From Lytechinus pictus (Eukaryota): 64,000 nt of DNA. The translations under genes were made by a program, and so were the position numbers. The stretch covers positions 11,658,001 to 11,722,000 of the forward strand of contig NC_087251.1 of the NCBI RefSeq assembly GCF_037042905.1, given 5' to 3'. The notes beneath the pieces are model-generated. The model saw nothing but the letters and a program-made list of their open reading frames with translations, was not told where the DNA came from and made no database searches. Shown one piece after another: positions 40,739 to 54,141 of the stretch (position 1 is its first letter; each line of letters begins with the position of its first letter).

Positions 40739-41540
40739 TATATAAGCAACAATATCCCATGTTAATCTAAGTTTGCTCAAGAGATCAACTTAGGTTGTTC
40801 TTATAGAATCATATACTCCATTGTGTAATAAGTTTTTAATCAAATATGTAAATTTGTGTTTATATACTATGTCTGAAAAAAAAGCAAGTTTAAGGTCATC
40901 CTTTCCCCTTAGAACCTCTCGAGTCAGCCGAGGCTTAATACAATGGGGTGTCCTGGGGAACGTTTCATGAGAGGATTTGTCCGACGATTTATCCGGCAAG
41001 TCTTGTTTTATCCGACATTTACCATAGTAACAGTGCTTTTCAGTTTTCAGCAAATCAAAATCAGAGAAAGTTGTCAGATGAAAATGTTGATGAAATGCTT
41101 ACCAGGAATCTACAAATATAATTTCTGGTTGATTTATATTTTACCTTTTTCCAGAAACAGGGGGGGAGACACTCGGCTACATGTATATCATTTTACACAC
41201 ATGCAGCCCCAGATTTTTCAACCATCCACAGTGCAAATTTTTTATTTGTAAAAATAATATTCACATATTTTCATGTTCTTACCATACATTTACTCTCTTA
41301 ACCCTATGAAACATGCCCATACTGAAGGAATATTCAATTTGCAGGTAAATACAGACTGACTTAGCATAAAAATAAGGAGCATAACCCTTTTCTCTTATTT
41401 ATGAGAAAATTGCCCCTTTCCCCGATTTTTTGCATGGTGCCCTGACATATCACTGACACACATATTTATAAATTTAGGGGAACAGATGATTATTATGTTA
41501 TTTAACATTTATTTTAAATTCTCTTGCTTATTTCATGCAG

Positions 41541-41652
41541 AGTGTCAAATCTTGAAGACAGAGAAGCCTGCCCCAAACACATTCAAAGTTCGCTGTTTCC
41601 AGTGGACTACCCTCATTGAGAGAACATTTTCTGTATCTTCAAGTGAAGAAAG
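41541..41652 (+). CDS. AKT: Akt coding exon 3, PH domain ([38 protein letters not shown])
   Basis: tttcatgcag acceptor, AAG|gtattg donor, 112 nt. Manual translation; not in the ORF track. Confidence 0.96.
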
Positions 41653-42186
41653 GTATTGATGAAAATATTTCAATTAATACCCCTTTCATGAAATGGTGGA
41701 TGCGGACTGGGTGAAATCATGAAGTGGGTAGAAATAACAATTTTACCTGTTACTGAATTCTGTGCTTTCCATAGGCTTTGTACATGAAATACCGAACTGC
41801 AGAAGGCAACAAGTTATATATTTTTTTTGTTAGTGTATTCATTTGTAAATATATCGTGACCAGTTTCTCATCTTTCTTGAGGCTTGAGCAATAGTGATAT
41901 CTTGTGGTGCATTGCAATGTCTGACATTTCATTGACATAAAAACCTCTTGACAAATCAATGTCAAATCTGCTATTTGCTTTGCATACTGGAGGAAATGAT
42001 CTAAGGCACAAGAGATTAAATCCCTCTTACGTGCGAACGGGCTCTGAACGGGGATTAAAAGAGTAGACAATAGACCCCGTTTGTTCAAGTTCATTCACGT
42101 TCAGAATCCTACTGAAGGAGTGAGCCGAGAAGAGTACTGATTTTCATTGTCTTCTTGCACAAATGGGGGTGTCACTGAACAGCAAA

Positions 42187-42757
42187 GAAATAAAGGATGA
42201 CCACGGGAAGAAAAATGTCAAGGATAAACTAGCGGACAACTTCCGCGCCAGGCCCTGATCTGATGTCGGAGAGATAGCGTTTCCAACGTTAAGTTTTTTG
42301 ACGTCAGAACCTATTCAACGATCATGTAAACGATGTCAGGGTATGAAATAAAGGATGACCACGGGAAGAAAAATGTTAAGGATAAACTAGCAGACAACCT
42401 CCGAGCCTGATCTGATGTCGGAGAGATAGCGTTGACATCGTTAAGTTGTCTGACGTCAGAACCTATTTTATGATCATGTAAATGATGTTAGGGTATGAAA
42501 TAAAGGATGACCACGGGAAGAAAAATGTCAATGATAAACTAGCGGACGACCTCCGCGCCTGATGCGATGTTTGAGAGAAAGCGCCGACATCGTTAAGTTG
42601 TCTGACGTCAGAACTTATTTATGATCATGTAAACGATGTCAGGGTATGAAATAAAGGATGAACAAGGTAAGAAAAATGTTAAGGACAAACAAGCGTACGA
42701 CTTCCGCGCCTAATCTGATGTCGTAGAGAAATAGCGGACATTGTTAAGTTTTCTGAT
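42187..42757. repeat. Tandem repeat, four units of 151-158 bp
   Basis: gaaataaaggatga recurs at 42187, 42345, 42497 and 42648. Confidence 0.9.
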
Positions 42758-43161
42758 GATTAATTTTTAATTAAATGAAATACGTTCGTCAAAATTAAAA
42801 AGTGCAAAGTTTGAACATCCCTTCTGACTCGAGAATGTCTTAAAATTATTGCTAGACGCTTTGTAATGAATATCTAATTTATTGACTTTCAATATAAATG
42901 AAAAAAAAAATATCGTCCGTCAAAATTAAAAAGCGCAAAGTCCATTCATACACTGGAAATTTCTTATCATGAGCGCAAAACATCTGTAATAAGTAATTGA
43001 TCACCTTTTAATAAAAATGAAGAAATACGTCCGTCAAAATTAAAATGCGGGAATAAAATGCGGGAAGTTTTGACTCGAGATATTTCTTTAAATGATCGCC
43101 AAACGATCTGCAATGAATCTCAAATCCATACATCGGCAAACTGCTTTTTTTCCGTCACATT

Positions 43162-43620
43162 AGGTGGTTTCAAACCGCCTCGATCACAAGAATCCCTGTG
43201 AAATTACGAGAACATTTTTAGGCTAAAAAATACCCATTAATTATTCCTGCATTCGCACCGCCCCGAAACATACTCTTCGGGATAAATTCCTGAAGTTAGG
43301 AGCATGCGCAGTATGGTCTAATAAGCAGGAAAGGCGCGAGATTCAAAACCACTAGCCCAGCAGCCACCCACGGCGCCCTTGCCCAACGACACGCTGTGCT
43401 AAAAGTTCCCGTAAATTGCTTTCACATTGCCAAAATACCTGCAACCTTGGAAAAATCCCCGCGAAAGGTTCTCGTAATTTCGCCTAGTACCTACTATTTA
43501 GCGGGTATTTTCTTTCGGAAAAATTATGCGTAGTTTGCTTTCACATTACCAAAATACCTGGTATTTTCTGATCAGAGAATACCTGGAACTGACGAACTTC
43601 GAGGCGGTCTGAAACCACCT
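43162..43620. mobile_element. Harbinger-like MITE
   Basis: att|AGGTGGTTTCAAACCGCCTCGA...TCGAGGCGGTCTGAAACCACCT|att. Confidence 0.8.
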
Positions 43621-43710
43621 ATTGATCACTTGGGGAAAAATCCCCCTGGACCCGGCTGTTGCTGTTTCTAGCTGAGCAGAACCATTCTCCGTTCTGAACG
43701 GAGTACTTAA

Positions 43711-44589
43711 AGGTATTGTTTAACTTTGTTAGCAGCCGATTTAAAAAATTCTCAAACCAAGATGAAACATGTGTAAAAGTGCATGTATTAGAACTAATAA
43801 ACCATGAAAACACCATTATTGAGAATGAAAAGCTAAAACTACAAGGCAAACCCCGATTTTGTAAATAGGCGTCTTATAGACGCCTAAATATTACACATAA
43901 GTGTATGGGATGAAATTAAGATGGTGTTTTCGGTCACTTTATATTTCAATTTTTGAAGCACTAAATAATTATTTTCGAATTAGTTTCGGTTACACTTCGT
44001 AATTCCGAAGGTTCATAATTCCGAAGGTTCTTTATTCCGACGGTTCGTAATTCCGAAACACGTAAATTGCCTATACCTCGGTGTTCGTTAATCCGAAAAC
44101 GTAAAAGGGTTCGTTAATCTGAACATTTGTGGCGTTATTCCGAAGGTTCGATAATCCGAAAACGAAATAAGGTTTGATGTTCCGAAGGTTCGTCAATCCG
44201 AAAACGACATAAGGTTCGTTAGTCCGAAAACGAAATAAGGTTCGTTAATCATTAGTTTTCGGACTAACGAACCTTCGGAATTACGAACCTCATTTCGTTT
44301 TCGGATTAACGAACCTTCGGAATTATGAACCTCATTTCGTTTTCGGACTAACGAACCTTCGGAATTACAAACCTCATTTCGTTTTCGGACTAACGAACCT
44401 TCGGAATTATGAACTTTCGGAAATACGAACCTTCGGAATAACGAACCTTCGGAATAACGAAGCTTCGGAATTACGGATGTATGCGATTTTTTCTGGGCTT
44501 CATTTTTGTAACATATCACAGACACAGGTGACAAGTGTGACCTTCTAGCTCAGATTTTTAAAAAGTCAAACCAATGTTAACCAATCACT
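43711..44589. mobile_element. Kolobok-like MITE hosting a foldback element
   Basis: TTAA|AGGTATTGTTTAAC...GTTAACCAATCACT|TTAA; imperfect TIR. Confidence 0.65.
43987..44485. mobile_element. Foldback-type element made of inverted arrays of TTCCGAAGGTTCGT
   Basis: Left half repeats aattccgaaggttcg; right half repeats cgaaccttcggaatt. Confidence 0.8.
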
Positions 44590-47500
44590 TTAAGCGCTTT
44601 CTATTGACTCCTTTGTTAATAGTAATCCTTGCGTTCGGATGTATGCAGGGGGCACTACGAATGCATTCGTTATATTGATTAAAAAGGTTTTAAGACATGA
44701 AAGGGGTCAAAAATGAAGAAAAAGAGAAGAAAATTAAAACATTTTATTTCAATGATAAGAATATAAATATTGTTTGTAGCAACTAAATGATTTGGAAACC
44801 TGTAAAAACCAAGGCTTGTGTCAGAAAAAGGGAACATGTATGTTCAGAATCAAGCGGTCGTGAATCAAGAAAAAAATGTCATATATTTCTGAAGTTCATT
44901 TTTTTCATGATTTTTGTCATTTCCACCCATTTTGGTATGGGTTTTCTTGCAACCTACAAGACCTTGATTCATGTTAGTACAGGTGTGAACTTTTATTACT
45001 TTAGATAATAATTGCAGATTATTAGCTATTTTATGATATTGTGATGGATACTTTCATTCAATTTTACAATCAAATTTTTATGAAAATATAACATTGATCT
45101 GCAAGGGCTAAGCCGTTTATTTCAACTCCAGTCAAAAAATCCATCTAGATTTATATTTGTATCATGTGCTTCTATTTCTAGGTATTGTTTTTCATTTGAA
45201 ATTATTCTAATTACATTTGGTGCATCAGTGACATTAATTTGTTTTTCACTAATGTGGTGCGATCACCAGATTGACTTTGATCCAACGATTCTGGCGCCAG
45301 AGATAATTATAACATTTTCGTCTTGCCTGAAAAAGACACAAATATGAGAAATAAAAGATATCACTGAAGCAATAACATCCAGTATGATGCATTTTGAAGA
45401 AACTCTCTATTGATATTCTGTAAACATGGCGTGCGCATAATTTGTTAATTCGGCTCCACCTTGTCTATGTACAACACAGGTATTATTGTGACAGACCAGA
45501 CAGAGGGAAACTGCATAATTTATGTCCAGCGTGTGTAGAAGCGAATGAGCTGTATTTGAAAACATGTTTATGGAAGTGTTGCCCGAGTATTGCATGGATT
45601 CATCATAATTTTTCCAGGCAAATATTTGTTTGGTTGAAGGTGATCAAAGCAACCCGTCTTCCATGCTCACTAATTATGTTCACTTGCTTGCTGCTTGCAA
45701 AGTGGCAGGCCTTTTAAGTAATGCGATACATGGAAGGTCATGCCTTATATGGACCTGAAGATGGATGTTGTTCGTTTTTTGTGCATGATCAAAACAAGAT
45801 TGGTGGCTTATTGCTGGGTTGGATGTTAGATCACTCAGATCAGGTTATTGTTTTTACGTCGTCAAACACTGCTGTTTGTCACCTGACCTTTGCTGTACTG
45901 TAAACGTGTTTACATCAAAACAATGAAATCAAAGTCTATTCACCGATTATGATTTAGTATTGTTTTTTCCTCTCTTCTGCTCCAGTTTCCTTGTTTGTAT
46001 CTGTGTTTTTCAAGTCATTTTCACCATATGCCTTTTTTTTGGTGTGTCAGAACTATCAAGGGAATGTGAATATATGCCTGTAGACCAAATTCTCTGGATA
46101 TTTGTCGTTATGGTCCAGAAAAGCCATCTATTTTCATGACAGAGTTCAAAGGAAAACAAATCTAATCAAAGATATTTGGATATAACCTGTATAGCTTCAA
46201 GTCTGACAAATTTATTTTGCCTTCAGTTGTGAGTCATGCCTAGCTGATTTGTTGAAAACACTGTGGAACAAATACTGTACGTCACTGGAAAATACATTGG
46301 AATACATTGCTATTGTTTGGAGTGGGCATCATCATCAAAGTGTGGTTTTGTATGTTTTAGAATTTGGAAAGAAGGTCCAAGATCTTGTTTGGAGCACATA
46401 GAAGTAAGGAAGGAGCAATGTTTGACAGCATATTCTGGAGGGCTCCCTCGTGCAAGCGCAAGCGTTGCTGGTCAGCGAAACTTGTTGCTGCTATCAACCG
46501 CTGGAATAACAAGTAAGCCAATGAGTGATGCAGTGAAAGGCAATCAAGAGGAGTAGCAAGAACTAAAAGTTTACTGGCGAAGATGATTGATGAATAATTC
46601 ACCTTACCAATAGTCAGAGCCTATCTTTCTTTCGCAGGAATTGCGCAAACATCTTTCATCACTTATCCTCACATCTATCATAAATAAAACTACAGGAAAG
46701 GCAGAAAATTTGCTGCAAAAGACGCATAGCTCCCTTACAGCGGGATTCATAAGTGTTGCATCTTTCACAGCAGATTTTCCACTTTGTATTATTGTTTTGT
46801 TTGAAATGAATGTAAGTATTGGCATTGAAGAGATGCTTACAAAACTCCTGTCAAAGGCATACATGTATCTCTGACTTTTGGTAAGGTCCCTCTTAAAAAT
46901 GAATTTCAGTGTGAAAATAATGATTTTGGATGTTTTTAATACCTTCAGTATCGCTTTAGGTTGAGGGGGACAAATTTTCACACAATGGAAAAGCATAATC
47001 AAATAGGATAATTGACCATTTGAGATGGCATTGATTATTTTTCTGTAAGGGTTAGGACTTGACGTAGTATCACTCGATAACAAATTGATAGATGTTACTC
47101 CAGCTCTGCTTTTTGCGTCCTACTGGTATTTTGTTAATCAACCATTTAAATATTTTGTTTCACCTTTTAATGTGCATATCAAAATTCATTCTACACCTGG
47201 GTGGAGAGTGGCTTATGTATGTGTAGATAATGTATTTGTCAATGTGCATGGGGTTTGAAGTCTTCAGTGAAATAATAATTTATTTATTAGTGGTGATCAG
47301 ATGTGCTTCACACAAAAATGGGTATATGAGACTGCACAATGTACACATTATTTTACCCCAATTTTCAGGTATTGTCATGTACAAAAATCTTAGTTTGATA
47401 TAAAAGGAGCATGTTCTTTTAATAGAGGGGTCATTCTGTAATTGTTAAGATTAGATTCCTCAAAACACATTGTTCATAATGTTATGCTTACAGTGATTAC

Positions 47501-50500
47501 AAAGTCACTGCATTTAAATAAGAAACACAGTTAATTTATGAGTGAAGGGTATTTTAGTTCATGTCGGAATTGAAATACTGTGTTTCTTCTACATTGTATA
47601 TTACCTTCTCAGTAGGCTACTGCAGATAGTTATGAAACATTCAAATGGCAATTGCCAAATGATAATGACTATCTCATTGTGGAATTTATTGTTATGCTAT
47701 TTTTACACACTGTTGTAAGCCATTCAATTTTGGTTTCTTCACTGACATTTGAATGTCGAATGTAGGTGTGCATGAAGAAGACAACTTAGGTATTATTACT
47801 ATCATGGGGTTTGGTTCCGCATCCATCCTTTCTCAAATTTTGCATTGATACATATTACATATTGCCTTTGCAATAACATAAATATTTTTAAAAGATGTAT
47901 TTTAGTGCTCTTCAAACTTGGGCAAACACATGAAATGGATGGTAAACAACATTGTTTTTCTCAATAAATACATTTTTTATACCTGTGTATCTGAGCAATT
48001 CGATTCTAATTTTAAATTATCAGTATTTATGTAAACATGAGATGATGAAACCTAATTTTTAGACAAATCAAATCTTTGATGGCATTCTACCTGGCAGCTA
48101 TTTTGGCTTTCCCCTGCATACCCGGAATAAGCTTGTGAATTTAAGTTGGGTCTGGTGGCCTTCAGTGAGTGACAAAAACAAGTACACCTGTGCTGTGTAT
48201 TATTGATTTGTTTAGCCAATACACCAATCTAGGCTCCCGGGTTTCCTGTAAATAAAGGTACCGTTCAGACTATCAAGATTGCTTGTTTGTATACCTTTAT
48301 CTTGTATTCTAACTAGGGGAAATAATAATATCTCATGTAAGGGAGCTATTTTTCCTGCTTCTATTTACATGTATTTCAATAATGTTTTTATGGAACCCAG
48401 GGGTAATTTCTGCTGGCTATTTTTCATCCTATTTGTTTTGTTGTTTTTTTTTTCCGTTTTTTTTTGGGGGGGGGGGTTGGGGGCTCAACTACCCTAATCT
48501 GTATTTCTTAATTGATTCTAACAACTATTTATACTGCATGTCTATATCTATCTGTTGTTTTGAAAGATGTTTTATTTAAAAATATTTCCATTCACTCTAT
48601 TGCCACAGGCAACTCTGAAGTACGCAGAGGTGAAATGCCCCCTTGTTTTTTCAAGCACTGTCTCCATCAGTATGATTATTCAGTTTAATAATGTGATATT
48701 TTGATTAATTATGTAAGCAGAGAAATAACACAAAACAACTAGGTTTTCAATGAGATCGTTTCTTTTCTTTCAATCACTGAACAAGATGATGAACATAATA
48801 CACTTTTTAAGTTTTCACGTTACTCTGCTTCTTCTGATCTAACACTCTATCTTTTTATTTTTTTATTTTTTACCTCTGAACCTTATTGTAAGATAAAAAT
48901 TACCCAAAACATTTTGATGTTTGATAAGGAAGTACTAGGTATCACAAATGTTTTTTTTTTCATTTCTGTGAGAGATAGAAACATATTCGCAGAATCACAA
49001 TGGTCTGTAAGACTACATTTCTTTGTTTATCTTCCAGGTGGGGAAATCCCTTTGATTCTCCCATGTGTAAAGTTTTAATATCTTTGTGAAACAAGCTTTA
49101 TTGAGTTTGTTAGAACATCTGTCCTTGGTGAATAATTGACTTTCAGAAATGACCAGGAAATGACTGTAATGTTGTTTTTATAGGAATCTTAATGTGTGTA
49201 GTGGCTGGTAGAAAGCCCGTCTCTGAAAATAGTCAATCATAATAATCCATCAAGTTGAAGTGTTTTCCTCATATGTACATGTAAACATCAGTTTACAAGG
49301 CTAATGTATATTACACATGGAAATTGCAGAGATCATTCAAACAAAGGTTTAAACCTTAACTAATAAATCCTGATATTAAGAAAATATGATGATCATATCT
49401 TTCTATGCCAATAGTCAAATGACTCTAAAGATTGAAAAAAAAACTAACACAGACCCCTCCCCCTTCAAAAAATTGGAACTATGGTGTAAACATTTATTCT
49501 TTTGAAAGGTAAATTTTACAAATGGTTGCATTTCATAAGTTGGGTATGCAAAAAGGGTGGCGTATGAACAATTTTCCACACGGTGCCATGGATAAATTGT
49601 TGCTACATCACAGCATCTTGACCAAATTTATTGAGTAATATCTCATTTTGAAGCTAGAACTATAGGCTAAATATATTACTATGAATTAGATCAATACAAT
49701 ATCAGGAACAAAAACTATAGCACATTAAGTTTGAAGTAACAGGGGTGGCGGAGCCGGTGGATGCGGTAAATGATAAAATATTAATCAAACCTAATTAACA
49801 ACTTACTATAATATGTAATATGACTATTATCCTCATATTTCTGGGCGTTTTAAAGCAGGGAACAACTAAATGTCATAAAAATTTGACAATTTTAAAAATA
49901 TGCAGCAATGGAATACATGTGTATGTCAGCTCTGATCTGCAACCTAATCAATTATTAAACCGGAGAGATTTGGTTAATTATCTAATTTGTAATCTTGATT
50001 TTTAGTACAAATGTTGTGTATCATTGCAACAAACATTTCTACCCATGATGTTGTCATTTTGCCAAGCATATAAATACAGTGACGGGTATTTTGGGGGCAA
50101 AAATGTGAAATTAAATACTGTTAATTAATTAGTATAATTAATATGCATACAATAATAGATAATTATTCGATTTTTGGTACAGATTTAATTATTGATGTTT
50201 CAAGATTATAACTGCAATTTACTAGGGTGATCCAATGTTGCATTAACTTTTGACACCATTTTATGTGCAGCAGGTCCAATTTGAGAAAAACACATTCCAA
50301 AATTCACATTTACATTGACGTCTATGTAATAATTAGCTGTTAATTAGTCATTTTAAGGAAAAATAAAGGTATTCGAGACTTAAAACTTTTCCATTATATA
50401 GAGAATGGTAATAGCTATAACATATCAAAAAATAAAAATTTTGACCATTTTTACCCTGTTCGCGAAATTGGACCACCTTATGACATGCGACCAATTAAGA

Positions 50501-50878
50501 ACAAACTGGTACTATATCCTTACGGTACTTGTTTATATGTATTAACTTTATTAGCCTTGGTTATTGACATGCCTGTACCCTTTTTCATAAATATACAATG
50601 AACAGTGTATAAAAATATAAATGAGATCATTTGACATGCCATAAATCATGGTCTGAAATAAAGAAGGCATTTTTTTCAGGATTTTAATTTATGCTCTGTC
50701 TTTATTGCAAATATAATTTCCTTTTGGTGTTTTTTCTTTAATACTGAGTGTGCACAATTTTGTGATGAATATGCTAAAGTTTGAATTTCAAATTGAATCT
50801 TTAAAAAAAAACCAATATTCTGTATCTTTTTATCACAAATCACCCAACGTCTCTATGTGCTTTTAAAGGACTTTTGAT

Positions 50879-51054
50879 ATTATTGCCATGGCTTTAGCCC
50901 AGCAAAGCCTTATGCAGCACACAAGCATTTCAAGGAATTGAATTCTTCCAGGTATCCATTCATCTTTACCCTGGGTTGAGTGCAGCACAATGTTGATCAA
51001 TTTCTTGCCAAAGGAAATACCATGGCTGGTATTCAAACCCATGACCCTCTCTGA
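50879..51054 (-). mobile_element. tRNA-derived SINE just upstream of the exon 4 acceptor
   Basis: Degenerate B box (minus gggtttgaatacc) and body matching 29433-29554. Confidence 0.7.
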
Positions 51055-51107
51055 ATGAATAATGATTGTCTTTTTCACTTCATCCCCACCTATTTCTTTT
51101 CATGTAG

Positions 51108-51246
51108 GGAGTCTTGGGTAAAAGCATTACAAGGTGTAGCAGATGCATTGAACAAACAGGAACAGAATCAACTGGCCAAGAATGCAGCAAATGGAGGTAA
51201 AAATGACAGCAACTCAACAGCGGATGATGCCTCAAAACTTAAAGTG
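51108..51246 (+). CDS. AKT: Akt coding exon 4, PH C-terminal helix and linker (ESWVKALQGVADAL...ASKLKV)
   Basis: tgtag acceptor, GTG|gtaagt donor, phase 2-0. Confidence 0.95.
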
Positions 51247-52156
51247 GTAAGTTTGATCCTGTATTGAAGTATACATCTCCCTTTTCAGGGGTGTGTGTTT
51301 ATAGAGGGATGTAAAGGATTATAACTGCAAGGTGAACAATATAAGTTAATGTGCCCATTGTCTGAACACTCATTTACTTCAATCATAATCTAAGTCTTGA
51401 CTAAAATCATTGGAAGCTAAAAGCATTAAAGCAATATTTCACTGCATGCTTCTAGTGTTTACAGAGGTCTTTTTGTGCTTTAATGGTGAAGAAAAAAAAA
51501 ATTGGGTGAAAGGTCAATCATCTACTTTCTTGTGCCAAATTTGGCCACCCATACCTACACTGAAACTATAAAACATAGTGTAATTCAAACCTGAGTTTCG
51601 TAATATAGTAAAATGGGATTACATCCAGATCAATTGAAGAAAATCAACACAAAAAGTTCAATCATCGACCTATGATGGATAGACATTCAACATGATTTCT
51701 TTGATCAAGCAAGAGGAGCTGCCTACTAATTGCATGCATCTTTATGAAATTTTTTTAGATTTTAAAAAAAAATCGACTGCATAGCTATTTTAGGGGATTG
51801 GCAAAGAAGCAGTTTTGCTTGTTATTTTTGTTTTTTTTAATGGTATGTTTCTTGATAGCACATGCATTTCTTCAACAAACAAAAATAGGTCAATGAATAC
51901 CAGCAATGTTGACAAGCAAATGATTCCAATGATATGTTTACAAGCAGTGAAGCATGCTTCAGACATTACATTTCATCAAAAACAACCTTGCCCTAGACTT
52001 TGTATTTTTTACTTAAAAACAATAGCAATTTGTTGACTTGTGGCACACGTAAAGGCAGTTATGGACAAAAGCGTTTAATAGAGGATTACAATAGGTATAG
52101 TTTGCTGCATTGAGCATAGAGGTGTTAAAGGTCAGTGGATAATGCCTTGGACTTAA

Positions 52157-52920
52157 CCCTAATTCTCCCGGGGGGGGGGGCATTATGGCCCCCCCCTCGA
52201 CAATTTTTGCGATATATCTGCCGCGCAAATTTTTTTGACCTCGCCGCTCACTGACTTTTTACTTTCAAGTCTCGCGCAAATTTGTGACGCCCGGGTACGC
52301 GGTTACGACATTACGCAACATTATGTAAGTGCATGTCAGACCCAAAATTGCTCATAAACGTGATTTCATGTACAAATCCAATGCAAATTGTGTATTTGGC
52401 CAAAATTCATAAATGTATCATTATTTCTACTTTTAATGATCAAACTTAATTAATTTTGCCTTGTTTATGATTATGATTAGTCTGGAACGATTTCCATTGA
52501 AAAAACAATAAAAAACAAAAAGTAAAAAAACAAAGAAATACATAAGAAATTTAAAAAACAATAAAATACATAAGAAATCGGTCTTGGTACCAGAATTTTT
52601 TTCATTCACAATTGTTAGGAATGCTATAAAGAATATTTTCACCAAAAAATAGCATTCTAGGAGCTTTATTTAGTGAATCAGAGCAAAAAGTATGATTTCA
52701 TGAATAAATTAGCATAATTAATTCATATAAAATAAAAATATATGAATTCAGTGAAATTTACCAATGCAACTGCGTAGATTACGTCATTCTCTACCATCAT
52801 GCAAATTTTTGTTGTGATCGCGCAATCCACGGCTGAGATCTTAAGGGGGGGCCATAATGCCCCCCCCCCCCCCCCCCCCCCGGGAATGACAAGAATCAGA
52901 ATACCCCGGGAGATTGAGGG
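52157..52920. mobile_element. piggyBac-like MITE
   Basis: TTAA|CCCTAATTCTCCCGGGG...CCCCGGGGAGATTGAGGG|TTAA with subterminal G/C runs. Confidence 0.85.
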
Positions 52921-52974
52921 TTAAACCATCTGTTAAGAGTTAAAATTGTATTCATATTTTATTGGGTAAAAGTA

Positions 52975-53483
52975 TTTTTGTCTCACCTGCATAGCAGAGT
53001 GAGACTATAGGCTCTGTTTTTCCAACGGCAATGGCAGCAGCGAGGGCGGGTGCAGTGGCGGCGTTGTCAACATTGAAATCTTAACCAAAGTTAAGTTTTT
53101 GAAATGTCTTCATAACTTAGAAAGTATGTGGATCTCATTCATGAAAACTTAACATAAGAGTAATCAAATATCACTGATCTTGTATGAGTGTTCAGGTCAC
53201 ATGACCACGGTCAAAGGTCATTCAGGGTCAATGAACTTTAACCATGTTTTGGTCTTTACTGAAATGTCATCATAACTTATTAATAATTTTGCATTGAGTA
53301 CTTTTGCTTGAGTGTCAGGTCACATGGTCAAGGTCAAAGGTTATTTAGGATCAGTGAACTTAGTATAAATAACAAATGTTTTTGTGCATAATTATTAATC
53401 TTTTTTAGTTGTTTTCAAAGTCAGCACCGGTGCTATATTGAATCGTGTAATGCAGGCGAGACTGCCAGAGGCATTCCACTTGT
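52975..53483 (+). mobile_element. HINE family B
   Basis: tttttgtctcacctgcatagcagagtgagact ... gcaggcgagactgccagaggcattccacttgtt. Confidence 0.82.
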
Positions 53484-53946
53484 TTCCTTAGGCAAGCCAT
53501 TGCATTGTATTTGCTACTCTTTACTCTGGTGTAAAAATGCCAACCAGTAGGATGCGAGTCTTTGTCATTGATTGAGCAATACAAGTGCTGTATGTTTTCC
53601 TGGTATAAATCCCTAGGGAACAGAGCATATGCGAGCATTGTGTGTTGGAAAGCATGAATCTGATAATTGGGATATTTAAATATCAAGTTTTTTTTTTAAA
53701 TTCACATCAGGACATCATTGATCTTCATTTAGCACAAAATGAACATTTTTTTATCATTGATATTAATTACTGGTATAGTAAATTTGATTCTTGTACAATT
53801 GCAATTATGACAATCAATTCACTTGATGTAACAATTTATGGTGATATATGCAATTTAGAGCTATTTATATATTCAAAATCTGTAATGATTATTAAGTTAC
53901 TGAATGTAGTGATGTTTAGGGCATATCTCACAGAATTACCAATTAG

Positions 53947-54141
<195 letters not shown>

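Noticed and set aside
44193..44534. Repetitive NSEGSL peptide ORF
   Set aside because: Translation of the foldback element's short repeats.
49553..50478. Possible TIR element (ggtgg...ccacc)
   Set aside because: Looks TE-like, but the TIR is too short and no convincing TSD was found, so it was not annotated.
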